DNA from: Ignavibacteria bacterium
Lineage (GTDB): Bacteria; Bacteroidota; Ignavibacteria; UBA10030
Length of the DNA stretch: 64,000 nucleotides
Direction: 5' to 3'
Assembly: GCA_016873805.1 (NCBI GenBank)
Contig: VGVZ01000014.1
Location: forward strand, 8,522-72,521
The notes under the pieces were generated by a model. That model was given only the letters and a program-made list of their open reading frames with translations, made no database searches and was not told the DNA's origin. The position numbers and the translations under genes are program-made. Below are positions 1 through 10,116 of the stretch, one piece after another (the first letter of the stretch is position 1; the number at the start of each line of letters is the position of its first letter).

Positions 1-488
1 ATCGTTCCTCCAAACAGGAAGCTGGTCGAGACTACCCCGCCCACTGCAATCACGCACATGATCTGAAGTTTGTCGATAAGGGCAAGAGCCAGAATCTGGC
101 TCTTGCGCAGCGCCGATATCCCAACTAACCTTCCACCGATTTCTCCGACCTTGCCCGGAGTGAGCGAGCCAACGGCAAGGCCGTAGACGAGAGACAGGAG
201 CACTTCGCGTTGAGTTGTCTCAGGCCTGGCCATCCGTACAATGCGTAGCCATTTTTGATATTGGATGCCAACGTTTGGGATCAGCAGGATCAGGGCGGCG
301 ATGATGTACCATGGTCTCGCATTGGCAATCGCATCGCCGATTTCCCGCGGATCGATCATCACAAAGAGCGCCCCGATGATAGCCAACCCGACGATGAAGC
401 GCAGAATCAACGATCGAGTTCCCTTTTTGGAAATCGTTGGGGCCACAGAAGAATTCGGGGGGGGGTGCTCGGAGGTCAGCTCTTCCAT
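1..488 (-). CDS. Lysylphosphatidylglycerol synthase TM region / UPF0104 flippase-like membrane protein (partial, runs off window start)
   Basis: Not in the ORF track. Manual translation from ATG at 488 is open to base 1: MEELTSEH...ILRFIVGLAIIGALFVMIDPREIGDAIANARPWYIIAALILL...KWLRIV...SLTPGKVGEIGGR. Hydrophobic helices and a TPGKVGE motif; start overlaps the stop of the upstream glycosyltransferase. Confidence 0.7.
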   Translation of the reverse strand, partial: MEELTSEHPPPNSSVAPTISKKGTRSLILRFIVGLAIIGALFVMIDPREIGDAIANARPWYIIAALILLIPNVGIQYQKWLRIVRMARPETTQREVLLSLVYGLAVGSLTPGKVGEIGGRLVGISALRKSQILALALIDKLQIMCVIAVGGVVSTSFLFGGT

Positions 489-1624
489 TCGAACTTTCCA
501 AACAATCCGAGGGGACCAATGATGAAAATATAGAGAAGATACAAAATTTCCCAGAAGATCACGCCTGTGAGAAGTCGGATTTGTCGCGGTGGAGGCGTCG
601 CGAACAGAACAAGAAGAGAATCGGCGCCGAGTTTTAACGCCAACGCGGTTCCAGCCGTCAAGAGCGCATCACTTCCTATCGCGAGAATCGCGATGCTGAG
701 GAGGAGCACTAGATTCGAGGCGTGGAACAGCGCAATCAAGAATTGGATATGCACCGGATAGCGCGTGCCGACGGAAAAGTGTCTTCGTCGCTGGGACACG
801 AAGGCGGAGAATGTCGGTGCGGGCACGGTGTGAACAACGGCCGCGGGGGCTGTTGCGTGAGCAATGTTCCAGGACGTCAAGCGAACAACTCGCTGAAGAA
901 ACAGATCATCATCACCACTCAGGACATCCCTGATTGCCTCAAACCCACCGACCTCATCCCACACTCTGCGCCGGTAGGCCAGATTGCTCGCTTTGCACAG
1001 CCACGGAAAACCCAATCCCGTGAAACCAGCGGAGAGCGCGGCAACCTTTCGCGCTTCATAGGCAATAAAGGCGTGGAGGACCTTTTGGAGCAATCCCGCG
1101 AGCCCGCGCGTTCGCAATGCCGGCCGTATCAGCGAAGGATCATAGAGTGAATATCCCGAAACGACGCCGACGTCGTTATCAAAAAAGCTCACCATTGCCT
1201 CCACCCATTGCCGGGTCGGAATGCAGTCCGCATCCGTAAAACAGAGAATCTCACCTCGGCTGGCGCGAATTCCTTGAGTAATGGCAAATTTCTTCGGAGG
1301 CATGGTGAGCGCGGGTTCCTCGATACTTACTAGGGTGATCCGTTGATCGTGCGCTGCATAACTACGGACGATTTCCGCCGTCGCGTCCTCTGAGCGGTCG
1401 TCCACGATGATAATTTCGAGCCGGGCGTAGGTTTGATGAATCAGAATTTCGAGCAGAGGGGGAAGAGCGTGTTCCTCGTTTCGAGCGGCGACGACGACCG
1501 ACACCAGCGGTTCCTCGACGCTTCGCCCAGGTTTGAGCCGTCTCAGCCCCGCAATCAACGCGACCACAATGAAGAGATAGAGGGGGAGCGCAATCAGGAG
1601 GAGAGGTATGAGAGTCGATTCCAT
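476..1624 (-). CDS. Glycosyltransferase family 2, membrane-anchored
   Basis: VSVVVAARNEE, IVDDRSED, FTDADC (DxD), GDDDL and QRRRH motifs, with N- and C-terminal TM helices. ORF extends to 1666; the Met at 1624 is the likelier start. Confidence 0.85.
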   Translation of the reverse strand: MESTLIPLLLIALPLYLFIVVALIAGLRRLKPGRSVEEPLVSVVVAARNEEHALPPLLEILIHQTYARLEIIIVDDRSEDATAEIVRSYAAHDQRITLVSIEEPALTMPPKKFAITQGIRASRGEILCFTDADCIPTRQWVEAMVSFFDNDVGVVSGYSLYDPSLIRPALRTRGLAGLLQKVLHAFIAYEARKVAALSAGFTGLGFPWLCKASNLAYRRRVWDEVGGFEAIRDVLSGDDDLFLQRVVRLTSWNIAHATAPAAVVHTVPAPTFSAFVSQRRRHFSVGTRYPVHIQFLIALFHASNLVLLLSIAILAIGSDALLTAGTALALKLGADSLLVLFATPPPRQIRLLTGVIFWEILYLLYIFIIGPLGLFGKFEWKS

Positions 1625-1751
1625 GGATTTGCTTTGGAACATCGCGAACAAAACTCTCTTTTCCAAGTTTTGCTGGTTGATAAATCCGTCTCTTCCTCAT
1701 ATATTGGCGCAGAATTGCGCCGCTTCAAGACATTTTTCCGGATCGACATTC

Positions 1752-2405
1752 ATGAACACCCTCGTTGTCGGAATCGCCGGCGGAACCGGCTCAGGAAAGA
1801 CGACGGTCACGAACAAAATCCTCGAATCGATCGACAAATCGCGCGTGCTCGTCATCCAACATGATTCGTACTACAAGGATCTGAGCACCTATCACGGTGC
1901 CACACCGGATCAAATCAACTTTGACCATCCTGCTTCGCTTGATACCGATCTGCTGATTCGACATATCCGTGAACTGAAGGAGGGACAATCGGTCAATCAG
2001 CCCATCTACAACTTTACTACGCACCGGCGGCTCGAGGAAACCAAGCTCCTGAAGCCACTCGAGATCATCATCATCGAGGGAATTCTCATTTTTGTGGAGA
2101 GGGAGCTTCGCGACTTGATGGACATCAAGTTGTTCATCGACACAGATGCCGATGAACGTCTCATTCGTCGGATCAGGAGGGACATTCTCGAACGAGGCCG
2201 ATCCGTTGATTCGGTCATGCAGCAGTATACCCTGACGGTCAAACCGATGCATCTGGAGTTCGTCGAACCCAGCAAGCATTGGGCGGACATCATCATTCCG
2301 CGGGGGGCGGAGAATTCTGTCGCGATCGACATGGTGGTGACAAAGATCCGATCGATGCTCAGAATCAAGTCTGAGCGGCCGCCGGTGAGCGCGCCGATCT
2401 TCTGA
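1752..2405 (+). CDS. udk: Uridine kinase
   Basis: GIAGGTGSGKTT P-loop, NFDHP, IIEGIL, RRIRRDILERGR, VKPMHLEFVEPSK. Confidence 0.93.
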   Translation: MNTLVVGIAGGTGSGKTTVTNKILESIDKSRVLVIQHDSYYKDLSTYHGATPDQINFDHPASLDTDLLIRHIRELKEGQSVNQPIYNFTTHRRLEETKLLKPLEIIIIEGILIFVERELRDLMDIKLFIDTDADERLIRRIRRDILERGRSVDSVMQQYTLTVKPMHLEFVEPSKHWADIIIPRGAENSVAIDMVVTKIRSMLRIKSERPPVSAPIF

Positions 2406-2560
2406 TTCGCGTCCGCGCGTCAACTTCGCCGTCGCTGTGATGCGACCGACACTTTCTTGACTCTCCCTCCAAAAAAGGGTATCTTTGGACGTAATTTGAG
2501 CCAAATAGCTCTCTTTTTGGCCCTTGATCGAAGTGACATTCAAATCGGAACCCATTATAC

Positions 2561-3886
2561 GTGCGAAGGTCCAGTCCGTCCAAGCGCATCCAACAGATTA
2601 CCGAGAGGGCAATCAGCGAGGCTGAATCGAAATACCGCAAGACCATTCTTCCCAGCGGTCTGCGCGTGGTCTCCGAGCAGATTACCACGGTTCGATCCGT
2701 CACGATCGGTGTTTGGATCGAGGTCGGTTCGCGCTACGAAACTCCCACCACTAACGGCATTTCCCACTTCATCGAGCATATGGTGTTCAAGGGAACGCCG
2801 ACGCGCTCGAATCGCGAAATTTCACAAAGCATCGAATCAGTAGGTGGCTATCTCAATGCGTTCACGAGCAAGGAGCATACCTGCTTCTATGTTCGCGTTC
2901 TCGATGAATTTGCCGAACTGGGCATCGACGTGCTCTCCGATATTGTCCAGCATCCGGTGTTTCCCGGACGCGAACTCGAGAAAGAACGGGGCGTCGTCAT
3001 CGAAGAACTGAAGAATGCCGAGGACACGCCGGATGACATCATCCACGACCATCTCGAACGCGCGATCTATGGGTCCAACTCCCTCGGTTTTCCGATCATC
3101 GGACGTGCCGACAACTTGAAACGCTTCAGCCGCGAAGATCTCCTCTCACACCACGGGACGTACTATCACCCGTCTCGAATGGTCGTTGCTGCAGCGGGTA
3201 ACCTCACGCACGAAGATTTGCTCGTGCTGGTCGAAAGATACTTCCCTGCAAACGGAGGAACGCGTTCCAGGCAAATCGAAAAGCCCTTGCGGCCTCGTGC
3301 AGTCAAGCCGAAACGAACCCAACTTCTCAAGCCGATTCAACAGGCACATATCTGCCTGGGGACCTCCGCCTACAGCATCAGAAGCAAGTATCGGTATCCA
3401 CTCCTGGTCCTCAATTCCATTCTGGGGGAAGGGATGAGTTCTCGCCTCTTTCAGAACATCCGGGAGCGGTACGGCTTCGCGTACAATGTCTACAGTTTCG
3501 TCAGTCTGCTCAGCGACTCCGGTTCCTTCGGCGTTTATATCGGCACAGATGGAAATCACATCGATCGTTGTATCGAGCTCATTGAAAAGGAATTGGGGAA
3601 GCTCATTGACAAACCGGTCTCACGCAACGAGCTTGCACGAACGAAAGCACAACTCAAAGGGGGAATGATGCTGAGTCTGGAGAACATTCCCAACCGGATG
3701 CTTCGCCTCGGGAGTTCCGAACTCTACTTTCAGCATCTGGCATCGCTGGATTCGATTATCAAGGAAATCGATGTTGTTACACCTGAGCTCCTGCAGGAGG
3801 TCGCGGCAGAGTTGTTTGTGCGGGAGAGACTCGCGGGAGTGGTTTTCAAGCCAAATGGTGGTGACACCCCCACAGAATCTGCTTGA
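2561..3886 (+). CDS. M16 family zinc peptidase (pitrilysin-like)
   Basis: Inverted zincin motif HFIEHMVFKGT, NAFTSKEHT, GMSSRLFQNIRER. Confidence 0.92.
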   Translation: MRRSSPSKRIQQITERAISEAESKYRKTILPSGLRVVSEQITTVRSVTIGVWIEVGSRYETPTTNGISHFIEHMVFKGTPTRSNREISQSIESVGGYLNAFTSKEHTCFYVRVLDEFAELGIDVLSDIVQHPVFPGRELEKERGVVIEELKNAEDTPDDIIHDHLERAIYGSNSLGFPIIGRADNLKRFSREDLLSHHGTYYHPSRMVVAAAGNLTHEDLLVLVERYFPANGGTRSRQIEKPLRPRAVKPKRTQLLKPIQQAHICLGTSAYSIRSKYRYPLLVLNSILGEGMSSRLFQNIRERYGFAYNVYSFVSLLSDSGSFGVYIGTDGNHIDRCIELIEKELGKLIDKPVSRNELARTKAQLKGGMMLSLENIPNRMLRLGSSELYFQHLASLDSIIKEIDVVTPELLQEVAAELFVRERLAGVVFKPNGGDTPTESA

Positions 3887-3922
3887 GGGACAGATCACTG
3901 CCTCTGAGAATTCACCCAAAGG

Positions 3923-5185
3923 TTGATCCACATGAAATCGATTGATGTTGATCCAGGAACGCTTCCCGCTGTTGATGTCGAGAGACCCGGAATCGTTCTC
4001 TCGAAGCGTGCACAATCGATGCAAGCCTCCCCTTTGCGCAAGCTGGCGGCCCTTGCCGAGGCGCGAAAACGCCAGGGGATCAAGGTCTACCATCTCAACA
4101 TCGGCCAGCCCGATTTGCCGACCCATCCTCTAGTCTTCGAGACCATCCGAAATCTCAAGCTGGAAACGATTGCCTATGCCCCATCCAACGGGATGCCGCT
4201 GGCAGTCCAGGCCTGGAAGAAGTACTTTTCACACGTTGGGATTTCGTTCGAGGAGAGCGAGATCATCGTCACCGCTGGGGGATCGGAAGCCATCATCTTC
4301 GCGATGAGCGCGATCTGTGATGCTGAGGATGAAATCATTGTATTCGAACCGTTCTACACGAACTACAACGGCTTTGCGACGCTCAGCAACGTTCGACTGC
4401 GGCCGATTCCGCTCTCGATTGAGAACGGATTTCACCTGCCACCCCGGGCTTCGATCGAGGAGCAGATCAAGGAGCGGACAAAGGGCATTCTGATCTGCAA
4501 TCCGAGCAATCCGACCGGGACAATCTTCACGCGCTCGGAGTTGGAGACCCTCGTAAGTATCGTGCGCGAACACGATCTCTATCTCCTGGCGGACGAGGTG
4601 TACCGCGAATTTGCCTACGAGGCACCCTTTACCAGCATCATGGATTTTCCGGTAATCCACGACCGCGCAATCTTGCTTGATAGCACATCGAAGCGCTTTA
4701 ATGTCTGCGGGGCGCGCGTGGGTGTTCTTGCGAGTCACAACAAAGAAATCGTCCAGGCCGCCTTCCGCTTTGCGATGGCGCGTTTGTCCGTGGCAACGAT
4801 CGAACAGCTTGCACTCGTTCCTCTTCTGAATGATCCGCAGGCCGTCGTCCCGTCCCTTGTGGAAGAGTTCCGACGCCGGCGTGACGTCGTGTACGAAGGG
4901 CTTGCCGCCATCCCCGGTGTCACGTTCTACAAGCCGGAGGGAGCATTCTACATCGTAATCGGTCTGCCGATACGGGATGCAGACCATTTTTCCCGCTGGC
5001 TCGTCGAAGAATTTGCTGTCGAGAAGGAAACGGTGCTGCTTGCGCCGGCGCAAGGATTCTATGCTTCGGCAGGAAAAGGAACAAATGAAGTACGGCTTGC
5101 TTTCATGTTGAATTGCTCCGATCTTGAACGGTCACTGAAGATCATTGCCGCCGGACTGGAGCAGTACAAAGAGAAGTTTCAGTAG
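3923..5185 (+). CDS. PLP-dependent aminotransferase class I/II (aspartate aminotransferase-like)
   Basis: LNIGQPD, CNPSNPTG, DEVYREF, STSKRF (PLP lysine), PEGAFY. Confidence 0.9.
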   Translation: MIHMKSIDVDPGTLPAVDVERPGIVLSKRAQSMQASPLRKLAALAEARKRQGIKVYHLNIGQPDLPTHPLVFETIRNLKLETIAYAPSNGMPLAVQAWKKYFSHVGISFEESEIIVTAGGSEAIIFAMSAICDAEDEIIVFEPFYTNYNGFATLSNVRLRPIPLSIENGFHLPPRASIEEQIKERTKGILICNPSNPTGTIFTRSELETLVSIVREHDLYLLADEVYREFAYEAPFTSIMDFPVIHDRAILLDSTSKRFNVCGARVGVLASHNKEIVQAAFRFAMARLSVATIEQLALVPLLNDPQAVVPSLVEEFRRRRDVVYEGLAAIPGVTFYKPEGAFYIVIGLPIRDADHFSRWLVEEFAVEKETVLLAPAQGFYASAGKGTNEVRLAFMLNCSDLERSLKIIAAGLEQYKEKFQ

Positions 5186-5208
5186 TCCGTTCAACTTTTG
5201 CGGGAATC

Positions 5209-6885
5209 ATGGCGACCATCACGATAAACGGAACCGAATTCCAGGTCGATGCAAAGTCGACGATCATTGAAGCAGCACGAGCGAATGGAATTCACATTCC
5301 GCATTTCTGCTGGCATCCGAAGCTTTCCGTGTCTGGCAACTGCCGCATGTGCCTCGTGGAAGTGGAACAAATGCCGAAGCTTTTGATTGCCTGTGCAACT
5401 CAGGTCGCGGACGGCATGGTTGTCAAAACGAAAAGCGAACGCGTCATCCAGGCGCAGAAGGCGGTGATGGAGTTCTTGCTGATCAACCATCCCCTGGACT
5501 GTCCGATTTGCGACGAGGCGGGGGAATGTAAGCTTCAGGAATACGCGTATCAATACAGCGTTGGATACAGTCGCTTCGAAGAGGACAAAGTTCACAAACC
5601 GAAGCGCGTTCCGCTGGGACCAAATGTCATGCTTGATGTCGAGCGTTGCATCATGTGTTCGCGCTGCATACGATTTTCCGAGGAAATTGCGAAGCAACCT
5701 GTTCTTACCTTCACGCAACGCGGTACTCACGTCGTACTTACCACCTTTCCCGGAAGCGAGCTCGACAATCCCTATTCGATGAACGTCATCGAATTGTGTC
5801 CTGTCGGCGCTCTCACAAGCCGGGATTTTCGATTCAAGGCGCGGGTGTGGGAGATGGCAGCAACCGAAAGCGTCTGCAACGGTTGTGCGCGCGGCTGTAA
5901 CATGAACATCTGGACTCGCAACAATGAGATTCTCCGGCTCACGCCGCGGCAGAACGAAGAGGTCAATTCCTCATGGATGTGCGACTACGGTCGGCTGGAG
6001 ACCTTCAAGCATGTGAACGCATCGGAACGGCTCAGTGGACCATCGGTCCGTGTCGACCGGGAACTCCGATCGATCGGATGGGAAGAGACCGTATCGGAAC
6101 TTGCGTCGGAACTTCGCGGCTTTCGGAAGAACGAGATTGCCGGGATCGGATCGGCATACGCCACCAACGAAGACAATTTTGTCTTCCAGCGTTTCATCAA
6201 AGAAGTCTTGGGCTCGAAGCACCTCGACCTTCTTCCGCATGTCATCGAACAGGTTGAAGACGACCTGCTGATCAAGGCCGATCGGACACCGAACAGCCTT
6301 GGCGCTCGGAATGTCGGAATCGAACCGTCGTCGGGAGGATTGTCCGCATCCGGAATCCGGAACGCGATCAACGACGGATCGATCAGGGCTCTATACGTTC
6401 TCGAAGATGATATCGCCGCGGATCCCGAATGGCATTCCGTTTTGCAGAAACTGAGACTTCTCGTTGTTCATTCCGCGGTTCAGAACGCCACAACCGCGCT
6501 CGCCCACGTAGTCCTTCCGGCTTCGACGTATGCGGAAAAACACGGGACGATCACGAATTTTCAGGGAAGGGTCCAGCGACTCCAACCCGCTGTCGCAACG
6601 AGCGAAACCGACCGGAGAATGGACGGACTTGCGGCAAGCCGCTGGGACAAGTTTTCATCGAAGAATGATCGGTGGGGAAGACCCGTGAAGTTTGACGCTC
6701 GCCCCAGCTGGAGAATCCTTGTCTCCGTGGCTGCTGCGCTCGGGACGAGAATGAAATACAATACTGCCGAAGATGTCTTTGGTGAAATTGCAAACGTCGT
6801 TCCGGTGTACCGAGGGATGAGCTTTGCAAGAATCGGTTCGAAGGGGGTGTTGTCCAAATCGTCCCCTGTTCCGGTAAAAACTTAG
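5209..6885 (+). CDS. nuoG: NADH-quinone oxidoreductase subunit G
   Basis: IPHFCWHPKL..GNCRMCLVE, NHPLDCPICDEAGECKLQ, RCIMCSRCIRF, CPVGAL, CNGCARGC Fe-S motifs. Confidence 0.92.
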   Translation: MATITINGTEFQVDAKSTIIEAARANGIHIPHFCWHPKLSVSGNCRMCLVEVEQMPKLLIACATQVADGMVVKTKSERVIQAQKAVMEFLLINHPLDCPICDEAGECKLQEYAYQYSVGYSRFEEDKVHKPKRVPLGPNVMLDVERCIMCSRCIRFSEEIAKQPVLTFTQRGTHVVLTTFPGSELDNPYSMNVIELCPVGALTSRDFRFKARVWEMAATESVCNGCARGCNMNIWTRNNEILRLTPRQNEEVNSSWMCDYGRLETFKHVNASERLSGPSVRVDRELRSIGWEETVSELASELRGFRKNEIAGIGSAYATNEDNFVFQRFIKEVLGSKHLDLLPHVIEQVEDDLLIKADRTPNSLGARNVGIEPSSGGLSASGIRNAINDGSIRALYVLEDDIAADPEWHSVLQKLRLLVVHSAVQNATTALAHVVLPASTYAEKHGTITNFQGRVQRLQPAVATSETDRRMDGLAASRWDKFSSKNDRWGRPVKFDARPSWRILVSVAAALGTRMKYNTAEDVFGEIANVVPVYRGMSFARIGSKGVLSKSSPVPVKT

Positions 6886-6920
6886 ACCAGCCACGAATAC
6901 TTGAAATCGATGCTCTGATC

Positions 6921-7952
6921 ATGGACATCCTCATTGCTTCCACAAAAATCGCTGTTGTGCTTGCGGCAATGCTTACGTCGGTCGTGTTCCTCGTTCTTGT
7001 CGAACGACGCATGAGTGCCTTCATTCAGAATCGCATCGGCCCGAACAGAGTAGGACCGTACGGCTTGCTCCAATCGGTGGCCGATGTCGTGAAACTTCTG
7101 ATGAAGGAGGATATTGTGCCGGCAAAAGCGAACAAGCCGTTGCATGATCTGGCGCCCATCATCTCGATTGCCGTTGCGATGACAACCTTCGCCGTCATAC
7201 CGTTTGGAAATGCCATTGAGCTGTTCGGGACAACTATCAAGCTGCAAATCGCCGATGTGAACATCGGGATCCTTTACATCCTTGCGATCACATCGCTCGG
7301 CGTGTACGGACTCACGCTGGCGGGGTGGTCGTCGAACAACAAGTACTCGTTGCTCGGCGGGCTCCGTTCATCCGCACAAATGATCAGTTATGAGCTTTCG
7401 ATGGGACTTGCCATCATCGGCGTGATATTGATGGCGGGAACACTTCGGCTTGATGTCATTGTTGAGAAACAAACGGAGTATCTTTTGGGGTGGCTTCCGG
7501 CATGGAACATATTCCTTCAGCCTGTCGCGTTCATTACGTTTTTCATCGCCGCCTTTGCGGAGACAAACAGGCTCCCATTCGATTTGCCGGAGGCGGAGCC
7601 GGAACTCGTGGGAGGATTTCACACGGAATACACGGGTCTCAAGTTTGGGCTTTTCTTCCTTGCGGAATACATGAACATGATCACTGCCAGCGCGATCGTG
7701 GTGACATTGTTCCTCGGAGGCTGGCATCTGCCGTATGCAGATATGCTGGGGTTGTCCGGCTTCGCCCTGAGCATCCTGCAGGTTCTCACGTTCTGCGGCA
7801 AGATCGTGTTGGTTCTCCTGTTCTTCATTGCGATCCGGTGGACGTTGCCACGCTTCCGGTATGACCAATTGATGAGCCTTGGCTGGAAGGTGATGCTGCC
7901 GCTGACGCTTGCCAACGCGCTTGTAACGGCTCTGATTCTCCTCGCGTTCTGA
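6921..7952 (+). CDS. nuoH: NADH-quinone oxidoreductase subunit H
   Basis: ERRMSAFIQNRIGPNRVG, LRSSAQMISYE, AETNRLPFDLPEAEPELVGG, PRFRYDQLM. Confidence 0.96.
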   Translation: MDILIASTKIAVVLAAMLTSVVFLVLVERRMSAFIQNRIGPNRVGPYGLLQSVADVVKLLMKEDIVPAKANKPLHDLAPIISIAVAMTTFAVIPFGNAIELFGTTIKLQIADVNIGILYILAITSLGVYGLTLAGWSSNNKYSLLGGLRSSAQMISYELSMGLAIIGVILMAGTLRLDVIVEKQTEYLLGWLPAWNIFLQPVAFITFFIAAFAETNRLPFDLPEAEPELVGGFHTEYTGLKFGLFFLAEYMNMITASAIVVTLFLGGWHLPYADMLGLSGFALSILQVLTFCGKIVLVLLFFIAIRWTLPRFRYDQLMSLGWKVMLPLTLANALVTALILLAF

Positions 7953-7969
7953 TCTTCGAAGGATTCAGC

Positions 7970-8473
7970 ATGGGCAGAGATAATGGAAAAATGATTCGCA
8001 CGAAAGATCTCACGTTCTGGCAGAAGCTCTATCTGCCGGAGGTCTTCAAGGGATTGAGTCTGACGCTTTCTCAGATGTTCAAGCCGAAGTTCACGTACAT
8101 GTACCCCGAAGAGCGGTTTCAGCCCCCGTCCTCGTTCCGGGGCAGGCCGATACTGGTCGAGGAGAACGGCGTCGAACGGTGCGTCGCCTGCGGATTGTGC
8201 TCAAGAGTGTGCCCGGCTCTTGCGATAGAGGTTCAGGCGTCTGAAACGGAACTCGAAAAAGAACGATATCCCGTCAGGTTTGAGATCAACATGGTGCGTT
8301 GCATCTTCTGCGGATTCTGCGAGGAGGTGTGTCCGGAAGAGGCAATCATCATGAGCAAGGAATACGAACTTGTGTTTAGCAGTCAGGAAGAGGCGATATT
8401 TGGCAAAGAGCGTCTCCTGACGCCTGCGGAGCAGGTTCGCGAGCGGCTCGAGTTCCTTCGAAACAGCCGATAA
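7970..8473 (+). CDS. nuoI: NADH-quinone oxidoreductase subunit I
   Basis: CVACGLCSRVCP and CIFCGFCEEVCP 4Fe-4S motifs; follows nuoH. Confidence 0.95.
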   Translation: MGRDNGKMIRTKDLTFWQKLYLPEVFKGLSLTLSQMFKPKFTYMYPEERFQPPSSFRGRPILVEENGVERCVACGLCSRVCPALAIEVQASETELEKERYPVRFEINMVRCIFCGFCEEVCPEEAIIMSKEYELVFSSQEEAIFGKERLLTPAEQVRERLEFLRNSR

Positions 8474-8545
8474 ATTTCGACTCCGCGGCTTCGCCGTCAC
8501 ATTGAGAGGGGAACTCACCTCACCAATCCCAGGGGGGATTCAGTC

Positions 8546-10084
8546 ATGTTTTCGCAATTGCTCAGTTGCGCCACGTACGGCGTCGACGCGTATGTTGTCT
8601 CAGTCGAGACGCATATCGAGCCCGCCCTGTTTCGCTTTTCCATCGTCGGATTGCCGGACAATGCCGTTCGCGAAAGCAGTGAGCGGGTCATTGCGGCGAT
8701 CAGAAATTCCGGATATCCGTTCCCCTTCTTTCGCATCACCGTAAACCTTGCGCCTGCCGACGTGAAAAAAGAGGGATCGGCCTACGATCTGCCGATCGCG
8801 CTCGGGATTCTCGCGTCCAGCGGCACCATTCCGGGAGATTCGCTCTGCGATTATCTTCTCCTCGGTGAGCTGGCTCTCGATGGACGACTGCGTCCTATTC
8901 GCGGAGCGCTTGTCGTGGCGCTCGAAGCTCGGTCGCGAAATATCAGAGGAATCATACTGCCGCGTGAGAACGCGCGAGAGGCCGCTCTCGTCGAAGGAAT
9001 AGAAGTGTATCCGATGGAGAGCCTTCAGGAAACCGTCGATTTCCTGTCTGGTAGAGAGAAGAACCGAACTCCGTTTCGCGTCGATGCCAAGCAGGTCTTT
9101 TCAGACGAAATGGTGTATGCGATCGATTTCGCCGATGTAAAAGGGCAGGAGAGTGTCAAGCGATCGCTCGAAGTGGCGGCCGCGGGAGGCCATAACATTA
9201 TTCTGATCGGTCCGCCAGGATCGGGGAAGACTATGCTTGCAAAACGCCTCGCGACCATACTCCCTCCGCTCTCCTTTGAAGAGGCGCTTGAAACAACGAA
9301 AATACATTCCGTTGCCGGACTCCTTCCGACCCATTCCGCACTCGTCGCGACACGCCCGTTCCGGGCTCCTCATCACACGATCTCCGACTCTGCGCTTGTG
9401 GGCGGCGGAAGCATCCCGCGGCCCGGAGAGATTTCCCTTTCTCATAACGGAGTATTATTTCTCGATGAACTTCCCGAGTTCGCCAGGAACGTCCTGGAGG
9501 TGCTGCGTCAACCTCTTGAGGATGGTCGTGTGACGATCAGTCGATCGAAGATGTCAGTCGACTATCCGGCGAACTTCATGCTCGTCTGTGCCATGAACCC
9601 CTGTCCGTGCGGACATTACGGAAACCCCCAACAGTCGTGCAGCTGCACACCACTGCAGATCCAGAAATATGTCGGAAAGATCTCCGGACCCCTGCTCGAC
9701 CGCATTGATATTCACGTCGAAGTACCGGCTGTCAAATATCAGGAGCTTTCTTCGCGGAGGGATGGAGAGCTCTCCGAACGCATACGCGATCGAGTTATCC
9801 GTGCCAGGGAGATCCAGCGTCAACGGTTTGCTTCTCCCGGATTGTATTCGAACGCCGACATGGAGACGCGTGAGATTAAGGAAGTGTGCGTGCTCGATCT
9901 GCCAGGAGCAGAGTTGTTGAAGCTTGCCATGCAGCGTTTCGGACTCTCTGCGCGCGCATATGACAGAATTCTGAAGGTCGCGCGTACGATTGCCGATCTG
10001 GAGGGAGCCGAGAACATCCGGCCTGAACATCTCAGCGAAGCCATTCAGTATCGGAGCCTGGATCGGACCTTCTATGCTGTCTGA
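8546..10084 (+). CDS. comM: YifB/ComM Mg-chelatase-like AAA+ ATPase (full length)
   Basis: [69 protein letters not shown]. Confidence 0.93.
   Translation: MFSQLLSCATYGVDAYVVSVETHIEPALFRFSIVGLPDNAVRESSERVIAAIRNSGYPFPFFRITVNLAPADVKKEGSAYDLPIALGILASSGTIPGDSLCDYLLLGELALDGRLRPIRGALVVALEARSRNIRGIILPRENAREAALVEGIEVYPMESLQETVDFLSGREKNRTPFRVDAKQVFSDEMVYAIDFADVKGQESVKRSLEVAAAGGHNIILIGPPGSGKTMLAKRLATILPPLSFEEALETTKIHSVAGLLPTHSALVATRPFRAPHHTISDSALVGGGSIPRPGEISLSHNGVLFLDELPEFARNVLEVLRQPLEDGRVTISRSKMSVDYPANFMLVCAMNPCPCGHYGNPQQSCSCTPLQIQKYVGKISGPLLDRIDIHVEVPAVKYQELSSRRDGELSERIRDRVIRAREIQRQRFASPGLYSNADMETREIKEVCVLDLPGAELLKLAMQRFGLSARAYDRILKVARTIADLEGAENIRPEHLSEAIQYRSLDRTFYAV
9590..10062 (+). repeat. 473-bp direct repeat, left copy (3' part of comM)
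   Basis: Matches 16822-17294 (offset 7232) with one substitution seen (T9985 vs C17217). Confidence 0.92.
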
Positions 10085-10116
10085 GAATCGGCCCTTATCT
10101 CTCGGACTCGTATGCT

